This document shows, in pieces, positions 1-8,992 of a DNA stretch of 32,000 nt. This DNA comes from Ignicoccus islandicus DSM 13165 (GTDB taxonomy: Archaea > Thermoproteota > Thermoprotei_A > Sulfolobales > Ignicoccaceae). The translations under genes and the position numbers were made by a program. Below the pieces are notes generated by a model, which saw only the letters and a program-made list of their open reading frames with translations, made no database searches and was not told the origin of the DNA. The stretch covers positions 510,001-542,000 of the forward strand of contig NZ_CP006867.1 of the NCBI RefSeq assembly GCF_001481685.1, in the 5' to 3' direction. The number at the start of each line of letters is the position of its first letter. The stretch's first letter is position 1.

Positions 1-1010
1 AGGTATTATAACGCGATCTTCTTTTTTCATTACTCCTAGATAATCGGCGACGTTCTCTAATGTCTTTACCTTTATTTCGTACACGTCTTTTGCGAAATCG
101 TATATATCCACGTTGAGTCTGCCTGGTATAGAGTAATGGCCGTATGCTCCACTGGTTGGTAATACACCTACCTTTCTACCTACATCCAGTTTGATGCCAA
201 TCCTCTTAGATCTCTCAATAAGGTAAGGCCAATCGAAGTTATTACAATTGTAACCGTAGACCAAATCGGGATCTAGTTCCAAAACAGTTTCTTTAAACCA
301 CTTAATTACTTCCAAATCGCTCTTAGTTTCAGCAACCTTACTCATTACTTTATCTCTAGTAGCTATTGCTACAGATATAATAGGGTCTGATTCGGGTCTA
401 GGTGTCCCACTTTTGTTATACACCTCAATATCGAAAGATAACGCTCGGAGTTCAGGTCTCTCATCGCTATGAACCTCTCGTAAGTCTTCCAATACCTCAT
501 ATACGTTATCGACCCTATATACAGGGGACTTGCCCAACTCCTTTACTTTAACGTCGTACCATGCATGCGGCTTTAGACCCTTATCTATTATGTATCTCAT
601 CGAAAACCTTATGTCTGCTTCAAGTACGTCTTCCACACCATCTATTGTTCTAACCAATTCCCTATACTCTCTTACGTACTCCGGAATAACGGTAGTGACC
701 TTTAGCGCTGATCGCGGACGACCGAAGTATTTCTTCTTAACTTCCTCAACTGATATTATCGGTGACTTAGGCTTGCTTAGTTTCATGATTTCGTTTTTCA
801 CGCTTACTGAATCTACGCCCTCACGGAGAAGTACATAGAAATACGGTCGGAAACGCGGATCTTTTAAAAGCACCCTTTCGTTTCCTTCGTTGACACCCCA
901 AAGAAGTATTACTGGTTTCGACATCTCTGTTTCATAGCTTACGTCTAACAAGTAGAAACGCATTGTTTCTTCTTTCATAAACTGGTACCACTTGTACGAT
1001 AGGAACATAT
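1..1010 (-). CDS. Family B DNA polymerase, N-terminal and exonuclease portion; partial, runs off the left window edge
   Basis: Not in the ORF track. My reverse translation gives MFLSYKWYQFMKEETMRFYLLDVSYETEMSKPVILLWGVNEGNERVLLKDPRFRPYFYVLLREG...LRALSFDIEVYNKSGTPRPESDPIISI (Exo I DIE) and ...DPDLVYGYNCNNFDWPYLIERSKRIGIKLDVGRKVGVLPTSGAYGHYSIPGRLNVDIYDF (Exo II YNxxNFDxP). The start could be 1010 or 980. Confidence 0.93.
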
Positions 1011-1030
1011 GTCATTAAGTTTGCCTTCGC

Positions 1031-1390
1031 TTACGAAGGAGGATATGGAGGCCATGAGTTAATTGAAGGTATTGCTATTTGGTTAGGTAACGCTACGCTG
1101 ACGCTTATTGGCATGTTAGGTAGCGAAATGGGTGGCGGTGATGGGAGGTTTTGTGGGACTATACCCATTTGGGAAGTTACGTTAAGGTATTCCTTAAGTA
1201 GATATAAGTATTGTAGGTATAACTGCGCGTAAAGCAAAGTGGCGTTATTGTACTGCTGGGCTATTTGAATTGCTATTTCCTTATACGATTGCACCATCGA
1301 GGAATATACGAAATAGTAGGCAACCAACGTAGCTAGTAGTACTCCAAGCACCAACCCAGCGTACGCTATAAGCGCATACATGTCAGCCAA
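1031..1390 (-). CDS. Small membrane-anchored protein: N-terminal TM segment, helical middle, proline-rich C-terminus
   Basis: 119 aa ORF; hydrophobic ALIAYAGLVLGVLLATLVAYYFVY, Tyr/Gln/Leu-rich helical stretch, then PQNLPSPPPISLPNMPISV...WPPYPPS. Confidence 0.6.
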   Translation of the reverse strand: MADMYALIAYAGLVLGVLLATLVAYYFVYSSMVQSYKEIAIQIAQQYNNATLLYAQLYLQYLYLLKEYLNVTSQMGIVPQNLPSPPPISLPNMPISVSVALPNQIAIPSINSWPPYPPS

Positions 1391-1507
1391 GTTCGACGCA
1401 CCGGGACTTACGGTATAATAATAAATTATATTTTTCTTCAGCAGTACGACCTATTCATGTGCACGGCTGATAAAAGCGAACCTTTAGAACGTCGTTAGAG
1501 TCAATCA

Positions 1508-2164
1508 ATGGCGGGCATTAGAGCTTTGGCGTCCATGAGGTTAATAAGGTTAGGTATCCCGGTTTTCGACGTCAGAGTAGGTAACGTTACGTTAGGAAGC
1601 TTACAAGTACTTTCGGGCGATCCGGATTCCAATGTTCACATGTTTCTATACATAATAGCTAAGTCTTGGAGCGAAAGAGGAGAAAGAATAGCATTCATAA
1701 TAGATAAGGGTAACTCGGAATACCATAGACAAATAGCGGAGGCCATGGGGATAGCAGTAAGGTCGTTAGAAGAGGGTAACATGTGGCATTACGAGGAAGC
1801 AGAATCTTCTAACGACGCCATTGCTAAGGTAGTTGACTTGATGACGGCGTATCCTCTCATATTAGTAGATTCTACCTCATGGTTCGACGCAGATCCCGAG
1901 TTACTTACTCGAACGCTAAACATGGTAGCTGCGAGTAACGCAATAGTAGTTATTGCTGTAATAGATAAGCGTGGGAACCCGGAATCCATATCCATCCTGG
2001 AAAGCTTTGCCGAAACGGTTACGAGGTTCGAAACCTATTGGGCGGGTCTAAGAGTTGAAAGGATATTGAAACTAAGTAAATCGCGAGTACCGAGAAATCC
2101 GTTCGCAGCTTACTACAGTGTAACGAAGGATGGAATAAACATAGAGGAGTTGAAGAGACTGTAG
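1508..2164 (+). CDS. KaiC/RecA-fold-like protein with degenerate P-loop
   Basis: GIPVFDVRVGNVTLGSLQVLSGDPDSNVHMFLYIIAKSWSERGERIAFI resembles the KaiC/RadA N-terminal strand and P-loop layout. A Walker B-like YPLILVDS follows. Confidence 0.6.
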   Translation: MAGIRALASMRLIRLGIPVFDVRVGNVTLGSLQVLSGDPDSNVHMFLYIIAKSWSERGERIAFIIDKGNSEYHRQIAEAMGIAVRSLEEGNMWHYEEAESSNDAIAKVVDLMTAYPLILVDSTSWFDADPELLTRTLNMVAASNAIVVIAVIDKRGNPESISILESFAETVTRFETYWAGLRVERILKLSKSRVPRNPFAAYYSVTKDGINIEELKRL

Positions 2165-2234
2165 GAGAACCTAGCGGTCTGAAAGATTACTATTTAACCC
2201 ATTCACGCTTCAAGGACGTCGTGGGTCACGAAAA

Positions 2235-2549
2235 ATGGCTAACGTGGCACGCATAAGGCTCTGGAGTACTGACGTTAGAGCGCTCGATGCCGTTGCAAAA
2301 CAGATAAAGGAAACGGCATCCTCACTTGGCGTAAAGGTAAGAGGTCCCATACCTCTTCCAACAAAGAGGCTGGAGATATCGACGCTCAGGCTTCCGCATG
2401 GAGAAGGAACCAAGGTATACGAGCACTGGGAAATGAGGATCCATAAGAGATTAATAGACGTTGAATTAAACGAAAAAGTAATGAGAAGTATAATGAGGAT
2501 AAGGGTCCCAAGTAACGTTTACATAGAGATTCAGCTAAAGAGGCGATGA
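2235..2549 (+). CDS. rps10: Ribosomal protein S10 (uS10)
   Basis: 104 aa; ARIRLWSTDVRALDAVAKQIKE, GPIPLPTKRLEISTLRLPHGEGTKVYEHWEMRIHKRLIDVE is typical archaeal uS10. Confidence 0.95.
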   Translation: MANVARIRLWSTDVRALDAVAKQIKETASSLGVKVRGPIPLPTKRLEISTLRLPHGEGTKVYEHWEMRIHKRLIDVELNEKVMRSIMRIRVPSNVYIEIQLKRR

Positions 2550-2583
2550 AGACTCCGACATCGTAGGATTTCTTAGGGATGAC

Positions 2584-2625
2584 TGAGGGCTCTCGCTGGA
2601 GCCTCAACATCTTGGTTTTTATTTT
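2584..2625 (+). terminator. Possible transcription end for the S10 transcript: hairpin followed by a T-rich tract
   Basis: TGAG-g-GCTC (2584-2592), loop TCGCTG, GAGC-CTCA (2599-2606), then GGTTTTTATTTT at 2614-2625. T-tracts are the main archaeal termination signal. Confidence 0.35.
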
Positions 2626-2651
2626 AGGATTCAAATCCGTAGTTCACTTCT

Positions 2652-2704
2652 ATGATGTGAAACCCCGGTACCGAAAAGTGAGGTAAAACCCCGCATCTCT
2701 GAGA
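2652..2704 (+). ncRNA. Candidate C/D box sRNA
   Basis: ATGATGT (C-like, 1 mismatch to RTGATGA), 12 nt, CCGA (D'-like), GTGAGGT (C'-like), about 15 nt, CTGA (D). Compact size and location in the S10-amidohydrolase gap fit archaeal C/D sRNAs. Confidence 0.28.
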
Positions 2705-2712
2705 CTTTCTGT

Positions 2713-3852
2713 TTAAAGTTCGATAATCTTGCCTTCTGCAACTGCCATGACGACAGAGCTACCAAGAACGTATGGCTCGCCGTCCCAAGCTACTATCGAT
2801 GCCAGTTTACCTGGCTTCACTTCACCCGCGTTTAAGCCAACCACTTTAGCTGCATTACTCGTAATCAGCTTAATAGCGTCTTCAAATTTCATTCCATACT
2901 TCATAAAGAACCTGAGTTGTAACATGAGGTTTCTTTGAAGGACGACGGGATGATCGCTCATCAAAGCCAAGACGTCCGGCATGTACTTAATCAGTAACCT
3001 TATGTTCTTGTAACTCTCATGTTTCAATTCGACTTTGTACGGGTGGCTATCGATTGGGCCGTAGATTACCGGGACTCCTAAGTCCTTTATCAATTTGAAG
3101 CCTCTCTCTGTGTGTACGTCACACGCGTGATCTATTGTATACTTGAAACCGTACTGCTTAGCGAGCCTCTTTATTATAGCTATGTCGTCTTCCTTATGAA
3201 CGTGTATTCTGAACGGTAACCTGCCCTCGAGGACCGGTATGAGGGCTTTGGAAAGAGGTTCCAATTCGTCCCAACTGAGTTTTCCTTCTTTGAGTTTTTT
3301 CAAATCTGAATAGGCTTTGCTTAGGGCTTTCCTAAATATTGCAGTGGCACCCATCCTGGTGCTAGGTCTCTGTCCTCCCCATGATGTCGTTGAGCGTGGA
3401 TTGTATCCCATGGCAGCTTTTACTCCTACGTGTTTCACGAAAGCGTCCTCTATGTTGGTTTCCCAGTTTCTAAGAAGCGCGGCCCTACCTCCTATCACGT
3501 TTCCAGATCCTGGTAACACTACTGAGTATAATACACCCCATTCTACGCTTTCACGGAAGGCCTTATCGTCCATGTAAACGCTTTCTTCCGCATATAGATA
3601 TGGGAGAACTGGATCCATATGCTCGTTTGCTTCCTCTTCGTAATACGGTTCACCGGCCCTATCCATTCCTATATGAGAGTGAGGGTCAATGAAGGCTGGA
3701 GTTACTACCTCGAACTCTCCTAAGTATTCGCCTCCTACCTCCTCTCCAACATGGACTATCTCATTTCCATTAAAAGCTACGTAAACGTTCTCTTTAACGT
3801 TTCCATCACCAACATAGAGTTTCTTGGCCTTTAATACTTTCATTCGTTTCAC
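2713..3852 (-). CDS. Amidohydrolase superfamily protein
   Basis: 379 aa; VVTPAFIDPHSHIGMDRAGEP metal-binding motif, later HVHKEDD, HACDVHTE, LMSDHPVV. Confidence 0.85.
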   Translation of the reverse strand: MKRMKVLKAKKLYVGDGNVKENVYVAFNGNEIVHVGEEVGGEYLGEFEVVTPAFIDPHSHIGMDRAGEPYYEEEANEHMDPVLPYLYAEESVYMDDKAFRESVEWGVLYSVVLPGSGNVIGGRAALLRNWETNIEDAFVKHVGVKAAMGYNPRSTTSWGGQRPSTRMGATAIFRKALSKAYSDLKKLKEGKLSWDELEPLSKALIPVLEGRLPFRIHVHKEDDIAIIKRLAKQYGFKYTIDHACDVHTERGFKLIKDLGVPVIYGPIDSHPYKVELKHESYKNIRLLIKYMPDVLALMSDHPVVLQRNLMLQLRFFMKYGMKFEDAIKLITSNAAKVVGLNAGEVKPGKLASIVAWDGEPYVLGSSVVMAVAEGKIIEL

Positions 3853-3900
3853 CCTAAGTAACCCTAAAAGAACTGTTCATAACCTTCATTACGGGGATAA

Positions 3901-5652
3901 GTGGAATTGGCCGAGGATAAGTCAACTAAAGTCTCAGATTTGGCTCAAAGGAGAGGTTTCTACTGGCCTTCGTGGGAAATTTACGGAGGAGTCGCTGGAC
4001 TATACGATTTAGGACCACTTGGAAAGGAACTTCAGAACAAGATAATAGAGCTCTGGAAAAAGGTTCTAATTAGACCCCTACAGAGAATAGTCTTCGAAAT
4101 GGAGACTCCCATCCTCACTCCATATAAGGTACTAGAGGCCTCGGGACACGTGGAAAACTTCACTGATCCGATTGTCGAATGTAAGAATTGCGGAAGGAAG
4201 TTTAGAGCCGATCACTTGATTGAGGAGGCTACTGGAATTAAGGTGGAAGGTCTTAAACCAGAGGACCTAACCAAAATAATCCGAGAGAATAACATTCGCT
4301 GTCCGGTATGCGGAGGAGAGCTCGGGGAAGTAAGGCCGTTCTTACTGTTATTCCAAACTCAAATAGGCCCATATGAGGGAAGCAAGGGCTTCTTGAGGCC
4401 AGAGACAGCACAAGGTGCGTTCGTAAACTTTAAGAAGGTATATCAACTCAATAGAGAAAGACTGCCCTTTGGAATTGCGCAAATAGGAAGGGTAGGGCGA
4501 AACGAAATATCTCCAAGGCAAGGTCTCCTAAGATTAAGAGAGTTCACAATAGCGGAGATAGAGTTCTTCATTGACCCTTTAAATCCGGGTAAACCCCCTC
4601 TAGACTACGAAGCCAAAATTAGGTTGCTGCCATGGGAACTTCAGAAGGAGGGGGTTAAGGAACCAGTCGAGGTATCGGTGAAAGAAGCGTTGGAAAGGGG
4701 CTGGATCATCAATGAATGGATGGCATACTGGATGCTGAAGGCGAAGGAGCTACTAAATAGATTAGGAATAAGCGATGAAGATCAATTCTTTGAAGAGAAG
4801 AGCCCTGAAGAGAGGGCACACTACAGTTCTCAGACGTACGATCAATTGGTAAGGACTGAAAGGTATGGCTGGATGGAAGTGAGCGGTCACGCTTATAGAG
4901 GCGATTACGACGTTTCAAGGCATATAGAATATAGTGGAAAGGATCTATATGCTATAAGGAGGCTGAGTGAACCGAAAAGGGTCAAGAGAAAAGTAATAAG
5001 GGTGAATAAGCGCGAACTAGGTATTAGGTTCAAATCAGAGGCAAAGGAAATAATGAAGAGATTAAATGAGATGAATCCAGACGAGGTTGAAAAGGAACTA
5101 AGGGAAAGAGGCTACGTCAAAGTTAATGATCACGAGCTTGGAAGAGATCTCATATGGGTAGAAGAAGTAGAGGAAGTCATAACTGTTGAGAGATTCGTAC
5201 CTCACGTAGTAGAACCTTCGTTCGGAGTTGAGAGACTGCTTTACGTAGCGTTAGAACATGCGTATAAGGAAAAAGACGGTAGAGTCATCTTGAGTCTGCC
5301 CAGGGAAATAGCGCCAATTCAAGTAGTAGTGTTACCATTACTGGAAGAAGAGAAACTTAAGGAGAAAGCTCTCGAAATCGTTGAGATGTTAAGTGAGAAC
5401 TACAGAGTGGAATACGACGAAAAGGGATCGATAGGCAGAAGGTACGCTAGATGGGACGAAGTCGGTGTGCCCCTTGCAATTACGGTCGATTTCCAGACTT
5501 TAGAAGATAACACGGTGACTTTCAGGGATAGAGATACTTGGAAGCAAGTGAGGGTTAAGGTGTCTGAAGTTCCAGCGAAAGTAGAGATGTTCCTGAAAGG
5601 CAAACCTCTAGAGGAGTTAGGGACCCCTATTGAAGGCTCTTCGGAAGAATAA
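3901..5652 (+). CDS. glyS: Glycyl-tRNA synthetase, homodimeric class II type
   Basis: 583 aa; RRGFYWPSWEIYGGVAGLYDLGPLGKELQNKI, FLRPETAQGAFVNFKKVYQLNRERLPFGIAQIGRVGRNEISPRQGLLRLREFTIAEIEFFIDP, C-terminal anticodon-binding domain. Confidence 0.97.
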   Translation: MELAEDKSTKVSDLAQRRGFYWPSWEIYGGVAGLYDLGPLGKELQNKIIELWKKVLIRPLQRIVFEMETPILTPYKVLEASGHVENFTDPIVECKNCGRKFRADHLIEEATGIKVEGLKPEDLTKIIRENNIRCPVCGGELGEVRPFLLLFQTQIGPYEGSKGFLRPETAQGAFVNFKKVYQLNRERLPFGIAQIGRVGRNEISPRQGLLRLREFTIAEIEFFIDPLNPGKPPLDYEAKIRLLPWELQKEGVKEPVEVSVKEALERGWIINEWMAYWMLKAKELLNRLGISDEDQFFEEKSPEERAHYSSQTYDQLVRTERYGWMEVSGHAYRGDYDVSRHIEYSGKDLYAIRRLSEPKRVKRKVIRVNKRELGIRFKSEAKEIMKRLNEMNPDEVEKELRERGYVKVNDHELGRDLIWVEEVEEVITVERFVPHVVEPSFGVERLLYVALEHAYKEKDGRVILSLPREIAPIQVVVLPLLEEEKLKEKALEIVEMLSENYRVEYDEKGSIGRRYARWDEVGVPLAITVDFQTLEDNTVTFRDRDTWKQVRVKVSEVPAKVEMFLKGKPLEELGTPIEGSSEE

Positions 5653-5654
5653 AC

Positions 5655-5987
5655 TCATTTATTTAAGAAGTTAAAGGCTATCGAAAGTACTAGTATGAAC
5701 CAGCCTAGTCCGATTATATACTTCAATACTTTCTTAAAGCTTTCGAAGAACTCTAGGAGTGCATATATTATGGTAAGCGTCGTCATGAGTACAATTAAAT
5801 TACCGTACCTTTCAGCTAAGACTGGGTTCTTTTCAAATACGTAAATCTGTAAGTAGTGAGCTACTTGAGTTTGTAACCACGTGTAAAATTGCGCTATGTA
5901 ATTTAGCACCGTAGAAATCGATTGCGGTAACTGCGAGCTCTCTGACATTGTTTCCCCACTCCTGATAGTAGTATCGATTTGAATCAA
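5655..5987 (-). CDS. Small membrane protein, function unknown
   Basis: 110 aa with two hydrophobic segments (NLIVLMTTLTIIYALLEFF; VLKYIIGLGWFILVLSIAFNF). Begins just downstream of tfb and ends next to glyS. Confidence 0.55.
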   Translation of the reverse strand: MIQIDTTIRSGETMSESSQLPQSISTVLNYIAQFYTWLQTQVAHYLQIYVFEKNPVLAERYGNLIVLMTTLTIIYALLEFFESFKKVLKYIIGLGWFILVLSIAFNFLNK

Positions 5988-6005
5988 TATGCATTTCTAT
6001 CGAGG

Positions 6006-7061
6006 TTACTTTCTCTTGCGAGTTGGGACTGAGACTACTATTAGTAATCTATCGTTTGCTTCAACGTATGTCTCTCGTATAGAATTATTGCCGACGTTAA
6101 GTAATTTGGCCAGTCTACTTTGAGTTACCTTACTTTTCTCGCTCTTACTGAAGACGTTCAAAACTATATATACTAAGCCGCCCAGTAACGACAATTTCTG
6201 CTTTCCTGAGTTCATGTTCATGGATAAGGCGTTTCTTATCAGATCTTCATAGAAACTATGCAGAATTGGGCGTTCTTCTGGTTTGTAATCTAGTTTTAGC
6301 TGTTGTATAACGTACTGCAGAGTGGATCTGCCCTTAGCCAAGTATTCTTCCTCCCTGTTTCGGGGATTCACCATCTTCATATAGATTTCACGACCGTAGT
6401 CGTACTTGACCCTCTTTAGCCAATCTATTATTTTATTAATCTCCTTCTCATCGTTAAAGAATTTCCTTAAGAAGGACTTTGCTTCGGGCACTACCCCTCG
6501 CGCTTCTAAGATCATCAAGGCTATTGCGTAAGCTAGGTGGTTACGGTCTTTCCTGCTAATGCCCTTGAAACTCTCGTAATTGTCATTTACTATCTTCTTC
6601 GCTACTTTACTAATTTCCTTCCTTACGCTATCGGGAATATTAACATCCGAACTAACGTTATCCAAAAATACGTTGAGAGTCTTCATAACGTCTACTTCGA
6701 TGCTTTCCTTGTTATTTCGAATTCTACTCTTTTCTTGCTCTTTAGAGAGCTTTTTAAATAATTTGAACTTGCTTCCCTTCGCCTCGCGAGGATTTATGAC
6801 AGTACCTAAGCCTCCATCGTGAACGGAGTCGCTCAGAGTAGCGCGACTGCTTATCCTACCTTCTCCGGATTTTGAATAAGGTTCGAATACATCATATTTA
6901 CCTTCGATTCCTATATCATGTACAAAGCCGAATGCAGGAGATAGAACTGAGCCACACGTTGGGCACACTGGTTCTCCTTCGTCATTGTATAGGACGTAAG
7001 TCAATAGAGCTCCGCAATAAGGACAGTGTCTTTGAGTGGGCGAGGACACTGAGAGACTCAT
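6006..7061 (-). CDS. tfb: Divergent transcription initiation factor TFB (TFIIB-like)
   Basis: Zinc ribbon CPYCGALLTYVLYNDEGEPVCPTCGSVL; linker SDSVHDGGLGTVI; C-terminal cyclin-like repeat with KVTQSRLAKLLNVGNNSIRETYVE. First repeat is strongly diverged. Confidence 0.85.
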   Translation of the reverse strand: MSLSVSSPTQRHCPYCGALLTYVLYNDEGEPVCPTCGSVLSPAFGFVHDIGIEGKYDVFEPYSKSGEGRISSRATLSDSVHDGGLGTVINPREAKGSKFKLFKKLSKEQEKSRIRNNKESIEVDVMKTLNVFLDNVSSDVNIPDSVRKEISKVAKKIVNDNYESFKGISRKDRNHLAYAIALMILEARGVVPEAKSFLRKFFNDEKEINKIIDWLKRVKYDYGREIYMKMVNPRNREEEYLAKGRSTLQYVIQQLKLDYKPEERPILHSFYEDLIRNALSMNMNSGKQKLSLLGGLVYIVLNVFSKSEKSKVTQSRLAKLLNVGNNSIRETYVEANDRLLIVVSVPTRKRK

Positions 7062-7064
7062 CGC

Positions 7065-7304
7065 TTACTCACCTCTCTTTGCCCTTCTAATTTTCCTTCC
7101 TTTCATCTTACTCTTCTTCCTAGAACTGTCTAACCTAACTTCCTTCGCGACTATGAATGGGGTATCGACTCTACCTATCACGTCTAAAACTTTTAATGTT
7201 CCATCATTTACCTTGATTATTTGACCTATTCTTGGAACCCTAGAATCGGTTAACCTATAGACTTTCAAACCTGTCTTGGTTTCAGTATGAAGTTCAAGCT
7301 TCAA
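7065..7304 (-). CDS. gar1: H/ACA RNP protein Gar1-like
   Basis: 79 aa beta-barrel-like protein with GQIIKVNDGTLKVLDVIGRVDTPFIVAKE and basic tail; located 3 nt from tfb, a known archaeal gar1-tfb arrangement. TTG start. Confidence 0.75.
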   Translation of the reverse strand: MKLELHTETKTGLKVYRLTDSRVPRIGQIIKVNDGTLKVLDVIGRVDTPFIVAKEVRLDSSRKKSKMKGRKIRRAKRGE

Positions 7305-7373
7305 TGATTAGCACACCCGGTATTACTGTAGTATCATAGATATTTATCGGAGTTGGCTGGAAGTGTCTACGTG

Positions 7374-7685
7374 TTACGCTTCTTTCTTAAATCGCTTACG
7401 ATATAATTCTCGTGCAATCTCATGGAGTATTTGCGTCTTCCTTTCGCCCTCCTTTTTCTCAACTGCTACCGGATTCTCATCGTGCCACCATATTCGCGGA
7501 TATTTACCCTCTAAAACAACGTACTTTCTGTTAAGACTATTAAGAACTTCAATAATTTCCTTAGTTGTAGGTTTTGGGACGGAAAGTTCCTTGGGAACTC
7601 TTCTTCCATATCTCCTGCTTAAAGTGGAATCGAAATATTGAGGCCAAACAGTTACGTACTTGCCCTTGTACTCTCTCTTAGTCAT
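7374..7685 (-). CDS. srp19: Signal recognition particle protein SRP19
   Basis: VTVWPQYFDSTLSRRYGRRVPKELSVPKPTTKEIIEVLNSLNRKYVVLEGKYPRIWW. Confidence 0.92.
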   Translation of the reverse strand: MTKREYKGKYVTVWPQYFDSTLSRRYGRRVPKELSVPKPTTKEIIEVLNSLNRKYVVLEGKYPRIWWHDENPVAVEKKEGERKTQILHEIARELYRKRFKKEA

Positions 7686-8095
7686 TTCTTCTTCCTCTGT
7701 ACTTGAACCTCTGGAAGCAATATTGCGTTAATTACACCGCTTTGGCCAGGTCTCGAAGTTACCTTAGCTACTCCTATTTCGGTCTCTATTAACGTTCCTT
7801 TGACTATTATACCGTGTCGTGCCAGTTCTTTGTTGGCTGGCGTTTCTAAGACTCTGAGTATCTTCACCTTCTTGGTCTCGTAGTTCCTAGGATCAGTGAC
7901 GTTCGCGTATTGAGCATACCTCAACTTAACTTTATAGTTACCTCCCCTTACCCTCTCTATTTTCCTGAGTTCTTTATCAGACAAGGTTGTGTTTATAGGA
8001 AATCTACCGGTCCAATACTTTCTCTTTACCTTTACATGTCTCCTTTTCTTACCTCCAGTAATTTTCTTCAGGTCGTTACCGTGATACACTCCCAT
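7682..8095 (-). CDS. rps8e: Ribosomal protein S8e (eS8)
   Basis: MGVYHGNDLKKITGGKKRRHVKVKRKYWTGRFP... GTLIETEIGVAKVTSRPGQSGVINAILL; 4-nt overlap with srp19. Confidence 0.95.
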   Translation of the reverse strand: MGVYHGNDLKKITGGKKRRHVKVKRKYWTGRFPINTTLSDKELRKIERVRGGNYKVKLRYAQYANVTDPRNYETKKVKILRVLETPANKELARHGIIVKGTLIETEIGVAKVTSRPGQSGVINAILLPEVQVQRKKK

Positions 8096-8130
8096 TTCGC
8101 TTAACCCTCGTGTAGGGATGAGGGCGCGAT

Positions 8131-8955
8131 TTAAATTCCTCCCTTTACTCCCTTAAGAAGAATTTCACCGAGAACCGCAACGCCATCTCCTATTTCAGCA
8201 CCAACTGCCTCGGCCAATGGTCTACATTTGGCCATGTATAGCAATATAGATGGTTCCGAAGGTTGGAAGTCTATGTATGCATCTGCATTGAGTAAACCTT
8301 TCGAAACTATCAAATCGACGTTACTCCTAAGCTCCTTGGCTTCATCGCATCTATCGTAAATAGTACAGTCTGAAGGTAACGCTTCGAGACCTCCATCCCA
8401 ATTAAGTAATTGCGCTACCTCAGCTAAGTCTGAATAAGTTGCATCAATTTCGTAACTCTCCTCCCTAGCCACTAAAGTGACCTCCCATCCTAATCTTTGG
8501 AAGAATTTAGCAGCAGCTACGTCGTATGGCAGTTCAGGAAGGTTATCTATAGCGTAAACCATTTTCCCACCATTGAGTAAGAGGTCCGTACCTAGTGCAA
8601 TCAGTTTACCATACTTAGCGTTCTGCATTCTGTATTGACCACCTACTGCTGTATCGTACATGTTTCCCAAGGTAGCTATTCTAAGAGCGTCTTCCAAGCT
8701 CTTAGGGTATTCAATTGGGGTTTCGAGGGCCTTCTTAAATAGTTCCCATTTGGTCCTCTGGTATACGTCTCCTATTACGTCCTTGAGAATTCTCCAAGAG
8801 TATCTGAAGGCTTTACTTTTGGGAAACTGGAGCGACGATGCCGTTCCACCAATTATTAGTTGGATCTCTTTATCGGTAGCGTTTCCTTGGTACGCATCGT
8901 AAATTCTCGCATCAAATAAACATCTCAAGCAGTCTTCTGGCCACTTCATGACCAT
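8131..8955 (-). CDS. DUF89 family protein (damage-control phosphatase-like)
   Basis: WPEDCLRCLFDAR; LNGGKMVYAIDNLPELPYDVAAAKFFQRLGWEVTLVARE; VIVSKGLLNADAY. Confidence 0.8.
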   Translation of the reverse strand: MVMKWPEDCLRCLFDARIYDAYQGNATDKEIQLIIGGTASSLQFPKSKAFRYSWRILKDVIGDVYQRTKWELFKKALETPIEYPKSLEDALRIATLGNMYDTAVGGQYRMQNAKYGKLIALGTDLLLNGGKMVYAIDNLPELPYDVAAAKFFQRLGWEVTLVAREESYEIDATYSDLAEVAQLLNWDGGLEALPSDCTIYDRCDEAKELRSNVDLIVSKGLLNADAYIDFQPSEPSILLYMAKCRPLAEAVGAEIGDGVAVLGEILLKGVKGGI

Positions 8956-8992
8956 ACTGATACCGCCATTGGGCTCACACTTACTAAGTATA

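Noticed and set aside
2210-2634. Minus-strand ORFs 2210..2413 and 2386..2634
   Set aside because: Antisense to rps10 and its 3' region, no recognisable motifs.
2626-2645. GGATTCAAATCC, resembling a tRNA T-arm
   Set aside because: No matching acceptor, D or anticodon arms around it.
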